Positions 9,196 to 20,652 of a DNA stretch of 64,000 bases are shown here, piece by piece (the first letter of the stretch is position 1; every line of letters starts with the position of its first letter). Made by a program: the position numbers and the translations under genes. This DNA comes from an uncultured Chloroflexia bacterium (GTDB lineage: Bacteria > Chloroflexota > Limnocylindria > Limnocylindrales > CSP1-4). The DNA lies in the NCBI GenBank assembly GCA_963746855.1, contig CAVVDC010000012.1, positions 100,230-164,229 on the forward strand. The letters are read 5' to 3'. Below the pieces are notes generated by a model, which was not told the origin of the DNA, did no database searches, and was given only the letters and a program-made list of their open reading frames with translations.

Positions 9196-10005
9196 ATGGA
9201 GGATCTTCACTCGCGACTGCTCGTCGAACCGGGTCATCGGGTCCGCCTTGGAGCCATCGATCCCGGCGACACCCAAGGCATCGACCGGGAAGCTGCGCTC
9301 GCCCAGACGGCCGAGCAGCTGGAGCTGCTGACCGAGCTGCAGGATCGGCTGTGGGCGGAGGCGAAACGGGCGGTCCTCGTCGTCCTCCAGGGCATCGACG
9401 CTGCCGGCAAGGACGGCACGATCAAGAAGGTCATGGAGGCTTTCAATCCCCAGGGCTGTCCGGTGAGCAGCTTCAAGGTGCCGAGCACCGAGGAACTGGC
9501 CCACGACTATCTCTGGCGGGTCCACCAGCGGGTCCCGCGGAAGGGTGAGATCGGCGTCTTCAACCGCTCCCACTATGAAGACGTCCTTGTCGTTCGGGTC
9601 CACGGCCTCGTCCCGAAGTCGGTCTGGAGCAAACGCTACGACCAGATCAACGACTGGGAGCGGATGCTGAGCGCGTCGGGGACCACGATCGTGAAGTTCT
9701 TCCTGACGATCGACCGCGACGAGCAGCGGCAGCGGTTCCAGGACCGCTACGACGACCCGAGTCGGCGCTGGAAGTTCTCGATGGGCGACCTCGAGGAGCG
9801 CAAGCTCTGGGACGACTACCAGGCCGCGTTCGACGACGCGCTCTCGAAGACTTCGACCAGTTGGGCGCCCTGGTACGTCATCCCGGCCAACCACAAGTGG
9901 TTCCGCAACCTGGCCGTGTCGTCGATCCTCGTCGATACGCTCGAGGGCCTCAAGCCCGCCTATCCGCCGGAACCCGACCTGCCACCGGGTCTCGTCATCG
10001 AGTAG
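9196..10005 (+). CDS. ppk2: polyphosphate kinase 2 family protein (single PPK2 domain)
   Basis: Sequence from ATG 9196 (MEDLHSRLL...) contains VVLQGIDAAGKDGTIK (Walker A-like), FNRSHYEDVLVVRVH and WAPWYVIPANHKW. The track ORF's upstream 99 codons overlap the divergent promoter region. Confidence 0.85.
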   Translation: MEDLHSRLLVEPGHRVRLGAIDPGDTQGIDREAALAQTAEQLELLTELQDRLWAEAKRAVLVVLQGIDAAGKDGTIKKVMEAFNPQGCPVSSFKVPSTEELAHDYLWRVHQRVPRKGEIGVFNRSHYEDVLVVRVHGLVPKSVWSKRYDQINDWERMLSASGTTIVKFFLTIDRDEQRQRFQDRYDDPSRRWKFSMGDLEERKLWDDYQAAFDDALSKTSTSWAPWYVIPANHKWFRNLAVSSILVDTLEGLKPAYPPEPDLPPGLVIE

Positions 10006-10006
10006 C

Positions 10007-11041
10007 TCATCCGCCCGGGAACCGCCGGTCGAGGCGCTCGACGAAGGCGATCAGCCACGCCGCCGTCCCACCGTGGTGGCCGCCCATCTCGTCGCGGGTC
10101 AGGCCGAGGAGCGCCCGCTCCCAGGCCGTCGCCTTGCCGATATGCCCGAGATCGAGCGCGAGGCCCGCGACGTCGGCGAGTCCGGAACGCGGCAGGACAT
10201 CGGTCCAGGCCTCCGTGTAGGCGTCGCGGACCCGGGCGATCTCCGGACCGTCGAGGTCGAGCTCGGTACGTCGGGCGATCGAACCCAGCGTCGCTGGCAA
10301 CGTCCCGAACGGGTGGCTGACCGTAGCGTCGCCCCAGTCGAAGATCCGGTTCCCGAGCGGCCCCACCAGCACGTTCCGGCCGTGCAGGTCGCCATGCTCC
10401 ACGGAAGCGTCGATCCCGGACGTGGCCAGTCGCCACGCCAGCGCGGCGATCGACGGACGCAGGTCCCGGAGGCGTTCCCGGCTCGCGACGGCCGCCGCCG
10501 CATCGGCCTCGTCGACGCGGGTCCAGATCACGTCCTCATCAAGCAGCCGATCGAGGATGGCCGGGAGGCGATCAGGTCGCTCGTCGGGGACACCCGCGGC
10601 GATCAACTCGCCGGACCATCGCTCGACGGTGCGCTGGAGTCCGGCGTATTCGGCCATGACCCGCTCCCAGGCGGCGAGGTCGTGATCGCCGGTATCGCCC
10701 GGACCGCTGGCCCGCAGCGTCGTGCCGCCGTCGTCGAAGAGCAGCCGCGCGTGAGCGTGGTCCGAGGCGAGCGGCAGGAGGACGTGCTCGACGTGATGCC
10801 GCTCGAGCGAGGCGAGCAACGGACCCTCGTGGGCCGTCCCCGGTCCCGTCGCCTTGAGCCAGACGACGCCGCCGGTCGTGTTGATCCGGAACGCCGTCGA
10901 CCAGGGCATGATGTGTGGCTGCTCGATCGGCCCGGTGACCCCCCGACCGAGCGCATCGAGGGACACTTCGGCCCAGGCCAACGCCTCCGCACGCCAGTCC
11001 GGATCGGTCCAGGTCCGGATGCCAGTGGGGATCGCGGTCAC
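10007..11041 (-). CDS. phosphotransferase (aminoglycoside phosphotransferase/choline-kinase fold) family protein
   Basis: HGDLHGRNVLVG...IFDWGDA catalytic/Mg-binding motifs. GTG 11041 was chosen so the gene does not overlap the upstream gene's 3' end (stop at 11061). Confidence 0.75.
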   Translation of the reverse strand: MTAIPTGIRTWTDPDWRAEALAWAEVSLDALGRGVTGPIEQPHIMPWSTAFRINTTGGVVWLKATGPGTAHEGPLLASLERHHVEHVLLPLASDHAHARLLFDDGGTTLRASGPGDTGDHDLAAWERVMAEYAGLQRTVERWSGELIAAGVPDERPDRLPAILDRLLDEDVIWTRVDEADAAAAVASRERLRDLRPSIAALAWRLATSGIDASVEHGDLHGRNVLVGPLGNRIFDWGDATVSHPFGTLPATLGSIARRTELDLDGPEIARVRDAYTEAWTDVLPRSGLADVAGLALDLGHIGKATAWERALLGLTRDEMGGHHGGTAAWLIAFVERLDRRFPGG

Positions 11042-11060
11042 GGCCGGCCCGGCGCCGCGC

Positions 11061-12737
11061 CTACCGGGATTTGCCGCCGCCGAAGAGCGTGCCGAACACC
11101 CCGCGGATGATGTCCTGTCCGAGACGCGAGGTGGCGACCTTCCCACCCGTCCGGATCGCGGTATCGATGGTCCGCTGCTGGGCCTTGGCCGCTTCGCGCT
11201 GCGCCTTCTCCTCGGCCTTGCGCTGACGTTCGGCCTCCCGAGCGGCCTTGGCCTGGGCCGCCTCGATGGCCTTCTGCTGGCGGGCGATCTCGCGTTGCTG
11301 CTGGGCCGGCGTCATCGTGTTCATGCCCGTCGCGGTCGTCGGGTCGACCCCGGCCCGCAGCGCGGCGTCGACCGTCGCCTGCCGGGCCGCGGCCATTCGC
11401 GCCGTGATCCGCTCATGGGCGCTGTCGCGATCGACGGTCGCGCCGTACTTGGCCTGGAACGGGCTCATCGCGATGCGGCCGCGGAACTGGACCTCGTCGA
11501 TCGGGGCCATCAGTGAATCGGGCGCCTGCAATCGCGTCGCGGCCAGCGGCGTCGGCACGCCCTTCGGTGACAGCACGGTCACGAGGGCCTCGCCGGTCCC
11601 CAATGAGGTGATCGTCCGCTCGACGTCGTAGAAGTCGGTCATCGGGAAGGTCCGTGCCGTCTTGCGCAACGCGTCGGCATCGTCGGGCGTGTAGGCGCGC
11701 AGCGCGTGCTGCACCCGGTTGCCGAGCTGGGCCAGGACGGGCGACGGGACGTCGGTCGGGGTCTGCGTCACGAAGTAGACCCCGACGCCCTTCGACCGGA
11801 TGAGCCGGGCGGTCCGCTCGACCTGGTCCATGAGCGCCTCGGACGCGTCATCGAAGAGCAGGTGCGCCTCGTCGAAGAAGAAGCACAGCTTGGGCTTGGG
11901 CAGGTCACCCGCCTCGGGCAGGCTCTCGTAGAGCTGGGCGAGCATCCAGAGCATGAACGTCGAAAACAGCCGAGGCTGGTCCATGACATCCGAGAGCTCG
12001 AGGATGCTGACGATCCCCTCGCCCTCCGGCGTCGAGCGCAGCAGGTCCTCGACCTCGAACTCCGGCTCGCCGAAGAAGACGTCCGCGCCTTCCTGCTCGA
12101 GGACGACGATCGACCGAAGGAGGACGCCGACCGACGCGGACGACATGCCCCCGTAGTCGGCGAGGATGGGCTTGCCCTCGTCGGACGAGAGGTACTTGAG
12201 GGTCGTCGCGAGGTCCTTGAGGTCCAGCAACGGCAGGTCGTTGTCGTCGCAGTACTTGAAGATCAGCGCGAGGATGCTGGTCTGGGTCTCGTTGAGGTCG
12301 AGGACCTTGCCGAGCAGCAGCGGTCCGAACGAGTGGACCGAGGCCCGCACCTGTGCCCCGAGCTTGCCCGAGAGCGACAGGAACTCCACCGGATGACCGC
12401 TCGCCTTGAACTCGAGGCCGAGCGACGTCATCCGCTCCTGGACCTTGGGGTTGGTGGCGTCGCCGGGAGCGGCCATGCCGGTCACATCGCCCTTGATGTC
12501 CGAGACGAAGACCGGGACGCCGGCCTTGGAGAGCTGCCCCGCCATCAACTGCAGCGTCTTGGTCTTGCCGGTACCGGTGGCGCCCGCGATGAGGCCGTGC
12601 CGGTTGAGCATCGAGAGCGCGACCTGCACGTGGACGTCGTTGAACAGCTCGCCATCGTGCAGGGCGCTGCCGAGCACGACCGACGGTTCGGCGAGCGTGT
12701 AGCCGGCGGTCATGGCATCGCGGAATGCCTGGTCCAT
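11061..12737 (-). CDS. HerA-like AAA ATPase, DUF853 (YjgR) family
   Basis: GLIAGATGTGKTKTLQ Walker A, CFFFDEAHLLF Walker B, and a Lys/Glu/Ala-rich coiled C-terminus. ATG 12737 is preceded by GGAGG. Confidence 0.8.
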   Translation of the reverse strand: MDQAFRDAMTAGYTLAEPSVVLGSALHDGELFNDVHVQVALSMLNRHGLIAGATGTGKTKTLQLMAGQLSKAGVPVFVSDIKGDVTGMAAPGDATNPKVQERMTSLGLEFKASGHPVEFLSLSGKLGAQVRASVHSFGPLLLGKVLDLNETQTSILALIFKYCDDNDLPLLDLKDLATTLKYLSSDEGKPILADYGGMSSASVGVLLRSIVVLEQEGADVFFGEPEFEVEDLLRSTPEGEGIVSILELSDVMDQPRLFSTFMLWMLAQLYESLPEAGDLPKPKLCFFFDEAHLLFDDASEALMDQVERTARLIRSKGVGVYFVTQTPTDVPSPVLAQLGNRVQHALRAYTPDDADALRKTARTFPMTDFYDVERTITSLGTGEALVTVLSPKGVPTPLAATRLQAPDSLMAPIDEVQFRGRIAMSPFQAKYGATVDRDSAHERITARMAAARQATVDAALRAGVDPTTATGMNTMTPAQQQREIARQQKAIEAAQAKAAREAERQRKAEEKAQREAAKAQQRTIDTAIRTGGKVATSRLGQDIIRGVFGTLFGGGKSR

Positions 12738-12858
12738 CAGTGCCTCCGGGGCGCGCGAAACGCTAGGTTCGCGGGGGAGCGTCAAGCGTATCATCGGCAC
12801 CCCCTGACCTCGGCCCCAGCCGCGGCTCACGGGCGATGTTGCCGAGGAGGACGGAACG

Positions 12859-13266
12859 TTGGCGAATATCGAGGAGGTCGAGGGGATCGGCCCGGTCTAC
12901 GGGGAGAAGCTCGCCGGTGCCGGCATCAACACGACGGACGATCTGTTGGAGCGAGGCGCCAAGCCGGGTGGTCGCCAGGCCATCGAGGCGTCGACGGGCA
13001 TCGCCCATTCGCTGATCCTGGAGTGGGTCAACCACGTCGACCTGATGCGGATCAACGGCGTCGGGTCGGAGTACTCGGACCTGCTCGAGGCGGCCGGCGT
13101 CGACTCGCCCGCCGAGCTGGCGCACCGGAACGCGGCCAACCTCGCCACGACGGTGCAGGAAGTCGTCGCAGCTCGACCCGGCATCGTGCGGCGGGTGCCG
13201 AGCGAGAGCGAACTCGCCGATTGGATCGCCCAGTCCAAGGACCTGCCCAAGGTCGTCGAGCACTGA
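12859..13266 (+). CDS. DUF4332 (helix-hairpin-helix) domain protein
   Basis: 135-aa ORF with a TTG start after GAGGAGG. Repeated HhH-like IEGIGPVYGEKLAGAGI / INGVGSEYSDLLEAAGV. Confidence 0.7.
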   Translation: MANIEEVEGIGPVYGEKLAGAGINTTDDLLERGAKPGGRQAIEASTGIAHSLILEWVNHVDLMRINGVGSEYSDLLEAAGVDSPAELAHRNAANLATTVQEVVAARPGIVRRVPSESELADWIAQSKDLPKVVEH

Positions 13267-13274
13267 CCGATCCG

Positions 13275-13646
13275 ATGGGCGGCTTTCGGGAGTTCCTGAC
13301 CAAGAGCAACGCGCTGGCGCTGGCCATCGGCGTCATCATCGGCGCCGCCCTGGGCGGCGTCGTGACGTCGCTCGTCAACGACGTGATCATGCCGCCCATC
13401 GGCTGGGCGCTCGGTGGCGTCAACTTCTCCGACCTGAAGATCGTGCTGGGCACGAACACCGCCGGTGAGGAAGTCGCGATCCGCTGGGGCCTGCTGGTCA
13501 ACGCGCTCATCGTGTTCCTGATCGTCGCGCTGGTCGTCTACTGGATCAGCAAGCTCTTCATCAAAGAGCCACCGCCGCCAGGCCCGACGGCCGAGGAGGC
13601 GCTCCTCACCGAGATCCGCGACGAGCTGCGCAAGCGCCCGACGTAG
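13275..13646 (+). CDS. mscL: large-conductance mechanosensitive channel
   Basis: MGGFREFLTKSNALALAIGVIIGAALGGVVTSLVNDVIMPPIG... is a textbook MscL N-terminus. 123 aa, lying inside track ORF 11706..13646. Confidence 0.9.
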   Translation: MGGFREFLTKSNALALAIGVIIGAALGGVVTSLVNDVIMPPIGWALGGVNFSDLKIVLGTNTAGEEVAIRWGLLVNALIVFLIVALVVYWISKLFIKEPPPPGPTAEEALLTEIRDELRKRPT

Positions 13647-13667
13647 CGGGCCGCGCCCGCCGGCCGC

Positions 13668-16491
13668 TCACTTGAAGTAGCCGGTCACGTCCAGGATGAG
13701 GTGCGTCTTCTTGCCGCTGCCGGCCTTGTACACGAGGCTCATGTTGCCCCCGCTGAGTGGCACGGTCACGCCGTTGGCGCGCGTGTCACCCGACGGGAAG
13801 TTGATCGTGGACGTCGTCGGATTGGCGATCGGCGTCGGTGTGATCGAGACGTAGCCGGCGGCGGTCTGGCCCGTGACGGTGAGGTTGCCGGTCACGGCCG
13901 AGGCCCCGGCCGGCACGCCCCAGTGGCCGTCGGTGTCGAGCGTCCGTGGCGTACTCGCGGTGAACAGCCCGGTCAGGCCGGACAGCACGGACGTCCGGCT
14001 GTCCATGATCCGGCCCGGATCGAGCGGGAAGAACTTGAGTCCGCTGCCGGCCGCGAGGTAGTAGCCGGTGACATCGAGGATCAGGTGCGTCTGCGCCGCG
14101 GTGCCGGCCTTGTAGACCAGCCACAGCTTGCCGGCCGTCAGCTTCGCCGTCAGCCCGTTGGCCCGCACGTCGCCGGTCGGGAAGTTGATGTTCGACGTCG
14201 TCGGGGTGGCGATGCTCGTGGGGGTCACTGAGACGAAGCCCGCCTTGGTCTGCCCGATGACAGTCAGGTTGGCCGTGATCGCGACCGCGCCGCCGGGGAT
14301 GCCCCCCCGGGTGCCGATGAGCAGCTCGCGCGGCGCGCCGCTAACGAAGCGGCCGGCTAGGCCGTTGCCCACCCGGGTGTCGAGCAGGCGCACCGGCGCG
14401 ACCGTGTTGTAGGCAGCGTTGGTCGTCCCGGGCAGGAAGTAGCCGGTGACGTCGAACAGGATGTGGGCCTTCTTGCCGGCCGCGGCCTTGTAGACCGCCG
14501 ACAGCGTGCCGTTCGATGCCAGCGAGGCGGTCAGGTTGTTGGCCCGCGTGTCGCCGCTCGGGAAGTTGAGCGTGGACGATCGCGGCGTCGACGGTCGCGG
14601 TGGTCGTGATCGAGACGTAGCCCGCGGCGGTCTGGCCGGTGACCGTGACGTTGCCGGTCACGGCGATCGCCCCCGCCGGGATGGTCCCGACGCCGGCCAC
14701 CTGGAACGTCCTGGGTGCGCTGGCGCTGAAGATGCCCGTGACGCCGAGGGGGATCCGGCTGTCGAGGACCCGCAGCGGGTCGATCGGGACGTAGGTCGCG
14801 CCCCCGGTCTGGAGCTGCGAGACCTTGGTCGCCCAGGTCGCACCGCCCTGCGAGAAGAGGCCGCCCTGCCAGACGGCGTTGGGAACCTGCGGGTCCTGGG
14901 CGACGCCCTGGTGCCCACCCCAGCGCCCGCCGGTGTACGGGCCACCGGTTCCGGGCGCGACGGACGCGGGCGTGCCGAGGGTGTTGACGGCGGCCGTCGG
15001 CAGCTGATAAGCGGTCCAGGCCGACGGGTCCTGATCGGTCGTGCCATCCGCGGATTCGGTCCAAACGACGTGGAGCGTGCCATTCCCCGATTGGCCGATC
15101 CCGCCGAGGTAGCTGTGCACCCCGTTCTTCGCGATGAGGAAGTCCTGGCGCTTGGTCGGGGCGGACGCGGCGTTTGCCGGCGTATTGAGTTGCGTCACCC
15201 GGACGCAGTCTCGCGGCGTGGAATCGCCGGTCGGCGTGCAGCCCACCGTCGTGACCGTCGTGAGGCGACCGTTCTGCCAGATCGCATCGGTCGGTCGCGA
15301 CGTCAGCTCCGTGGTCACGGTGGACCCATCCGATTGCACCGGGTCCGGCGGGTCGACCAGCGCCCCGACGATGCCGACCGTGTTGAGGTCCTCGTCGTAC
15401 CCGAACGTGATCGAGTCACTCACGGCGCTCCCCGTGATCGCCGTGTAGTACAGCCCGATGGCTCCGGCATCGTCGTGCCGAGCGACCAGGTGCATCGTCG
15501 GGGACGTCGCGGGGACCTGGAGGGCGACCCGGGCCCCGATGTACGGCAGATACCCTGCCGGGTCGTTCGGGTCGGCCGCATCGGTGAAGGAGTACTCGCG
15601 GGTGCTGAAGCCGCTCGCTCCGCCGCCGGCGAGGATGTCGACCCAGTCATTGATCAGGACGTTGGTTTCGAGATAGGCCATGCCCGTGGTGCAGGCCGAA
15701 CCGGGCGCGAACGTGTACAGGTCGGTCGTGAACGCGAGCTTGTCGGTCGAAGCCCCGGCCCCGGGGACATCCGGCAGCGCGTCGTAGGTATAGAAGAACG
15801 AGTCCCACACGCCCGTCGGGTCGGCCGTCTGGGAGATCACGAAGTCCAGGTACCCCGCCGGATCGTCCGCCACCGCGTTCTGGTCGACGTCGCACGTCCA
15901 GCTGACCTCGGTGCCGATCCATCGACCATGAAGCGCGTCGTACACGAAGGTCGGGTGCAGATTGGTCAGGTCATCGGGCAGGTTGAACAGCTCCGGGATG
16001 GAAACCAGTGTCGGCGGCACCTGGGCCCCGTGGGTTCGATCCCAGATCTGGACGGATGTGTTGACGACCTGAAGCACGTGATCCGGCCCGACCGCGACCC
16101 ATGGATCGGCCAACGGGAACCCGGTCTGCGACTGGTTGAACCCGGCCCATCCGGGCTGGATCGCCGAGGGCGCCGCGGTGGTCGTGACCTGGACCGGGGC
16201 GGGGCCGGCGGCGAGGGAAACGTCCGGCGGCGGCACCGCCGGCACATCGCGCGCGGTGGGAAGGCTCGGCTGGCGCCGCGGGCGTGACTGGTCGTCTTCC
16301 GAGAGCCGGCCGACGTCGACCCGGCCCCGATGACCCGGGGCGGGATCGGCGACCTTGCGCGCGGCGTCGGAGGTCGCGTGGCGCGGCTCGGCGGCGACCG
16401 AGACGGACCCCATGGCCTGGGCGGCCAGCGTGACCAGCGTCAGTCCTGCGGCCATGGCGACGCGGCGGGGGCGGCGATCGGAGCGGCGCAT
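13668..16491 (-). pseudogene. large secreted protein with three C-terminal ~115-aa repeats, split by a 1-nt insertion at about 14577
   Basis: ORF 14341..16491 (signal peptide MRRSDRRPRRVAMAAGLTLVTLAAQA) goes out of frame after GYVSITTTATVDAAI. Shifting one base gives STLNFPSGDTRANN...VTGYFL...LLDTRVGNGL, which runs directly into ORF 13668..14393. Repeat spacing matches the other two copies only if one base is removed. Confidence 0.7.
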
Positions 16492-16581
16492 CGATCCCTC
16501 CAGGCGATGGCGTGATCCCGACCCTTCGCGGTCGCGTGGCCGGAGGATACCGGACGGTCCTCCGCGCGAGAAGGGCGAACT

Positions 16582-17262
16582 TCAGTCGGCTGGCACCGTC
16601 GGATCGAGCCGGACCTCGCCGACCGGGACCGTCCGACCGGCGGCCATGACCCGGTTGCTTCGAGCGAGGACGATCGACTCGATGGGGAACGGGTCGCTGT
16701 GGATCCGTCGCCGGCGCGCGACCGCCTCGATGAACGCCGGCGTGGGCGGTGCCGTGAAGCGGACGATGGTCGCCCACATGAGTCGCTCGCGGAGCAGCCG
16801 TTCGATCCGGCTCGGGGCGGCGCTCGCCCATCGGTCACGCAAGAGTCGCCGAGCTTCGACCAGGCCGTCACCGGACGCCTCGAGGCGGGCGTAGACCGTC
16901 GACGACCCAAGATTCAGGCCAGCGAGGGCGAGTCGTGTCCCAGCCAGCAGCGGCGCGACCGCGCGAAGATCGTCGAGGACCGACGGACTGTCCTGTCCCG
17001 GTCGTCCGGCCGGTCCGACGAGGGTCATGTGGATCGACCGAGACGGATAGGCGTACTGCCCGGGCTGTACGGCGGAGAAGGCCACGCCCAGCTCGTGCAG
17101 CCGTCCGGTCACCAAGGGCGGCAGCCAGACGACGCTCGTGAGGATCTCGGGCGGCGCGTCGGGATCGGCGTGGGCGGGGTCGATCGAGCCGGCGCGCAGG
17201 CCGCGCCCGGACGCCCGGCGCAGGATCCAGTCGGCCTCGAGCACGACGGACGCCAGCATCAC
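16582..17262 (-). CDS. hypothetical protein (possibly a degenerate 2H-phosphoesterase fold)
   Basis: 226-aa ORF, 13 nt downstream of pheA, with good GC3. One HxT-like motif (SIHMTLVG); the second is degenerate (WATIVRF). Confidence 0.5.
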   Translation of the reverse strand: MMLASVVLEADWILRRASGRGLRAGSIDPAHADPDAPPEILTSVVWLPPLVTGRLHELGVAFSAVQPGQYAYPSRSIHMTLVGPAGRPGQDSPSVLDDLRAVAPLLAGTRLALAGLNLGSSTVYARLEASGDGLVEARRLLRDRWASAAPSRIERLLRERLMWATIVRFTAPPTPAFIEAVARRRRIHSDPFPIESIVLARSNRVMAAGRTVPVGEVRLDPTVPAD

Positions 17263-17275
17263 GGATCGCCGAGGA

Positions 17276-18121
17276 TCAGGCTTCGACCGCCGCCGGGTAG
17301 CTGCCGAGCACCCGGGTCATCGTCGTGACCGCGTCAAGCTCGGCGAGGGCGGCGGCGGTGCCCGGATCCTCTGTGTCGGCATCGAGGTCGATCCAGAACA
17401 CGTACTCCCAGGCGCGCTCGCGGCTCGGCCGCGATTCGAGCTTGTGCATGTTCAGGCCGTGGCGCCCGATGACCGCCAGCACGGCAAGCAGCGTGCCGGG
17501 TTCGTTGCGGACCGCCACGACCAGGGTCGTCCGGCGGGCGGGGCCTGCGCGGAGAGGCGTCGGCGCCGCCCGGTCCGACCGCGCGAGGACCAGGAACCGC
17601 GTCTTGTTGTGGGGCAGGTCGCCGATGTCATCGGCCAGGATCTCGAGACCGAACAGTGCCGCGGCACGCGGTGAGAGGACCGCCGCGGCGCCGCGCTCGC
17701 CCCGATCGACGATGGCCTTGCCTGCGCCGGCGGTGTTGTACGTCGTCAGCAGTTGCCACGGGCGCGAGCGCAGGAACGTTTCGGCCTGTCCGAGCGCCTG
17801 GATGTGCGAATAGACCCGCTCGATGTCCTCGATCCGCTCGCCCGGCAGCGCCGCGAGGCAGAGCCGGACCGGGACCACGACCTCGCCACGGATCACGAGG
17901 TCGTGCTCGAGCAGGAGGTCGTAGTTCTCGCGGACCGTGCCGTTGATGACGTTCTCGATCGGCACGACGCCGGCCGGCGCGTCGCCGGCCGCCACCGATT
18001 CGAAGACCGCTCGAAAGCTGCCGAGCGGCGTTCGGGCCACATCGCCGTAGACCGCGAGGACCGCATCCTCGGCGAAGGCGCCGGGCTCCCCGGCGTAGGC
18101 GACGGCGGACGGGTCGGGCAT
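17276..18121 (-). CDS. pheA: prephenate dehydratase
   Basis: AYAGEPGAFAEDA..., IENVINGTVRENYDLL, TRFLVL, and a C-terminal ACT domain (ESRPSRERAWEYVFWIDL). Confidence 0.9.
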   Translation of the reverse strand: MPDPSAVAYAGEPGAFAEDAVLAVYGDVARTPLGSFRAVFESVAAGDAPAGVVPIENVINGTVRENYDLLLEHDLVIRGEVVVPVRLCLAALPGERIEDIERVYSHIQALGQAETFLRSRPWQLLTTYNTAGAGKAIVDRGERGAAAVLSPRAAALFGLEILADDIGDLPHNKTRFLVLARSDRAAPTPLRAGPARRTTLVVAVRNEPGTLLAVLAVIGRHGLNMHKLESRPSRERAWEYVFWIDLDADTEDPGTAAALAELDAVTTMTRVLGSYPAAVEA

Positions 18122-18379
18122 GGTGGCGCGAAGTCTAGCGGGCGACCGGAGTGCCGCCGCAGGGATCGCTCGGCAGCCCAGCGACGGGCGACCGGGGCTA
18201 TCCGCGAGCGAGCTGCACCGTGATGAACGGGATCCCGGTTCCCGCCCATTGAGCCCCGCGTACCATCCGGGCCGTGACGCGAGGTTCGCCGACGAGCTGG
18301 TCCCGCCGCCAGCGGCTCTTGTACGGACTGTTCCTCGTCGCCGTGGCGACGGCCATCGTGCTTCTGCTCGCGGGCCCGC

Positions 18380-18937
18380 CTACTGGTTGAACCAGTCGGT
18401 CGTATCGATCTCGCCGGCTTCCTCGTCGAGTTCCGCTCGCCGCGCCCGTGCCTCGCCGGCGGGGACCGGCGTTCGCTTGCGGGCCTTCGTCCCGGACGCC
18501 ACGGCCGCCTCTGGCGCGCCCTTCCAATGGGTCTCGGCAAGCATCGCGTTGAGGGCCGCAAGGTACGCCTCGATCGAGGCGGCGATGATGTTCGTGCTGC
18601 GAGCTTCGCCGGCGTACTCGCCCGTGCCGCGCGCTCCGGCCACGTCCGGTGGCGCGACCCGCACGGTCACCACGCCGATCGTGTCCGTCCCTTCGCCGAG
18701 GGCGTGGATGTCGTAGGCGAGCAGTCGCGGATGCCCGTCCAGGATCTCGGCGAGCGCCCGGTCCACCGCGGTGTACAGCGCATCGATCGCCCCGTTGCCC
18801 TCGGCCGACGCGCGCCACTGATGCTCGCCGGACGCGATTAGGACCGCGCCGCGACTCTGGGCGTTGCTGCCCGAGGTCACCGTCCAGCGGCTGAGATGGA
18901 TCGTGGGCGCGGTGGGCGACGTGGCGGATTCGGGCAT
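18380..18937 (-). CDS. stand-alone LeuA allosteric/dimerisation (regulatory) domain protein with an acidic C-terminal tail
   Basis: EGNGAIDALYTAVDRAL...YDIHALGEGTDTIGVVTVRV...STNIIAASIEAYLAALN parallels the C-terminal domains of the LeuA and CimA encoded nearby. ATG 18937 lies 5 nt after the cimA stop, with GGAGG upstream. Confidence 0.75.
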   Translation of the reverse strand: MPESATSPTAPTIHLSRWTVTSGSNAQSRGAVLIASGEHQWRASAEGNGAIDALYTAVDRALAEILDGHPRLLAYDIHALGEGTDTIGVVTVRVAPPDVAGARGTGEYAGEARSTNIIAASIEAYLAALNAMLAETHWKGAPEAAVASGTKARKRTPVPAGEARARRAELDEEAGEIDTTDWFNQ

Positions 18938-18942
18938 CCGGG

Positions 18943-20648
<1,706 letters not shown>

Positions 20649-20652
<4 letters not shown>

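Noticed and set aside
11061-12737. HerA-like ATPase as part of a defence system
   Set aside because: It belongs to the DUF853/YjgR-type clade, which is usually stand-alone. The neighbours (APH-fold kinase, PPK2, DUF4332, mscL) are not known defence partners, and no nuclease, SIR2 or other effector gene is adjacent.
18274-18390. 38-codon plus-strand sORF (VTRGSPTSWSRRQRLLYGLFLVAVATAIVLLLAGPPTG) between pheA and the LeuA-domain gene
   Set aside because: It has no RBS, it overlaps the 3' end of the minus-strand gene, and it sits in what is more simply the pheA promoter region (TAGACT -10-like hexamer at about 18133-18138 on the minus strand). The evidence is too weak to report as a feature.
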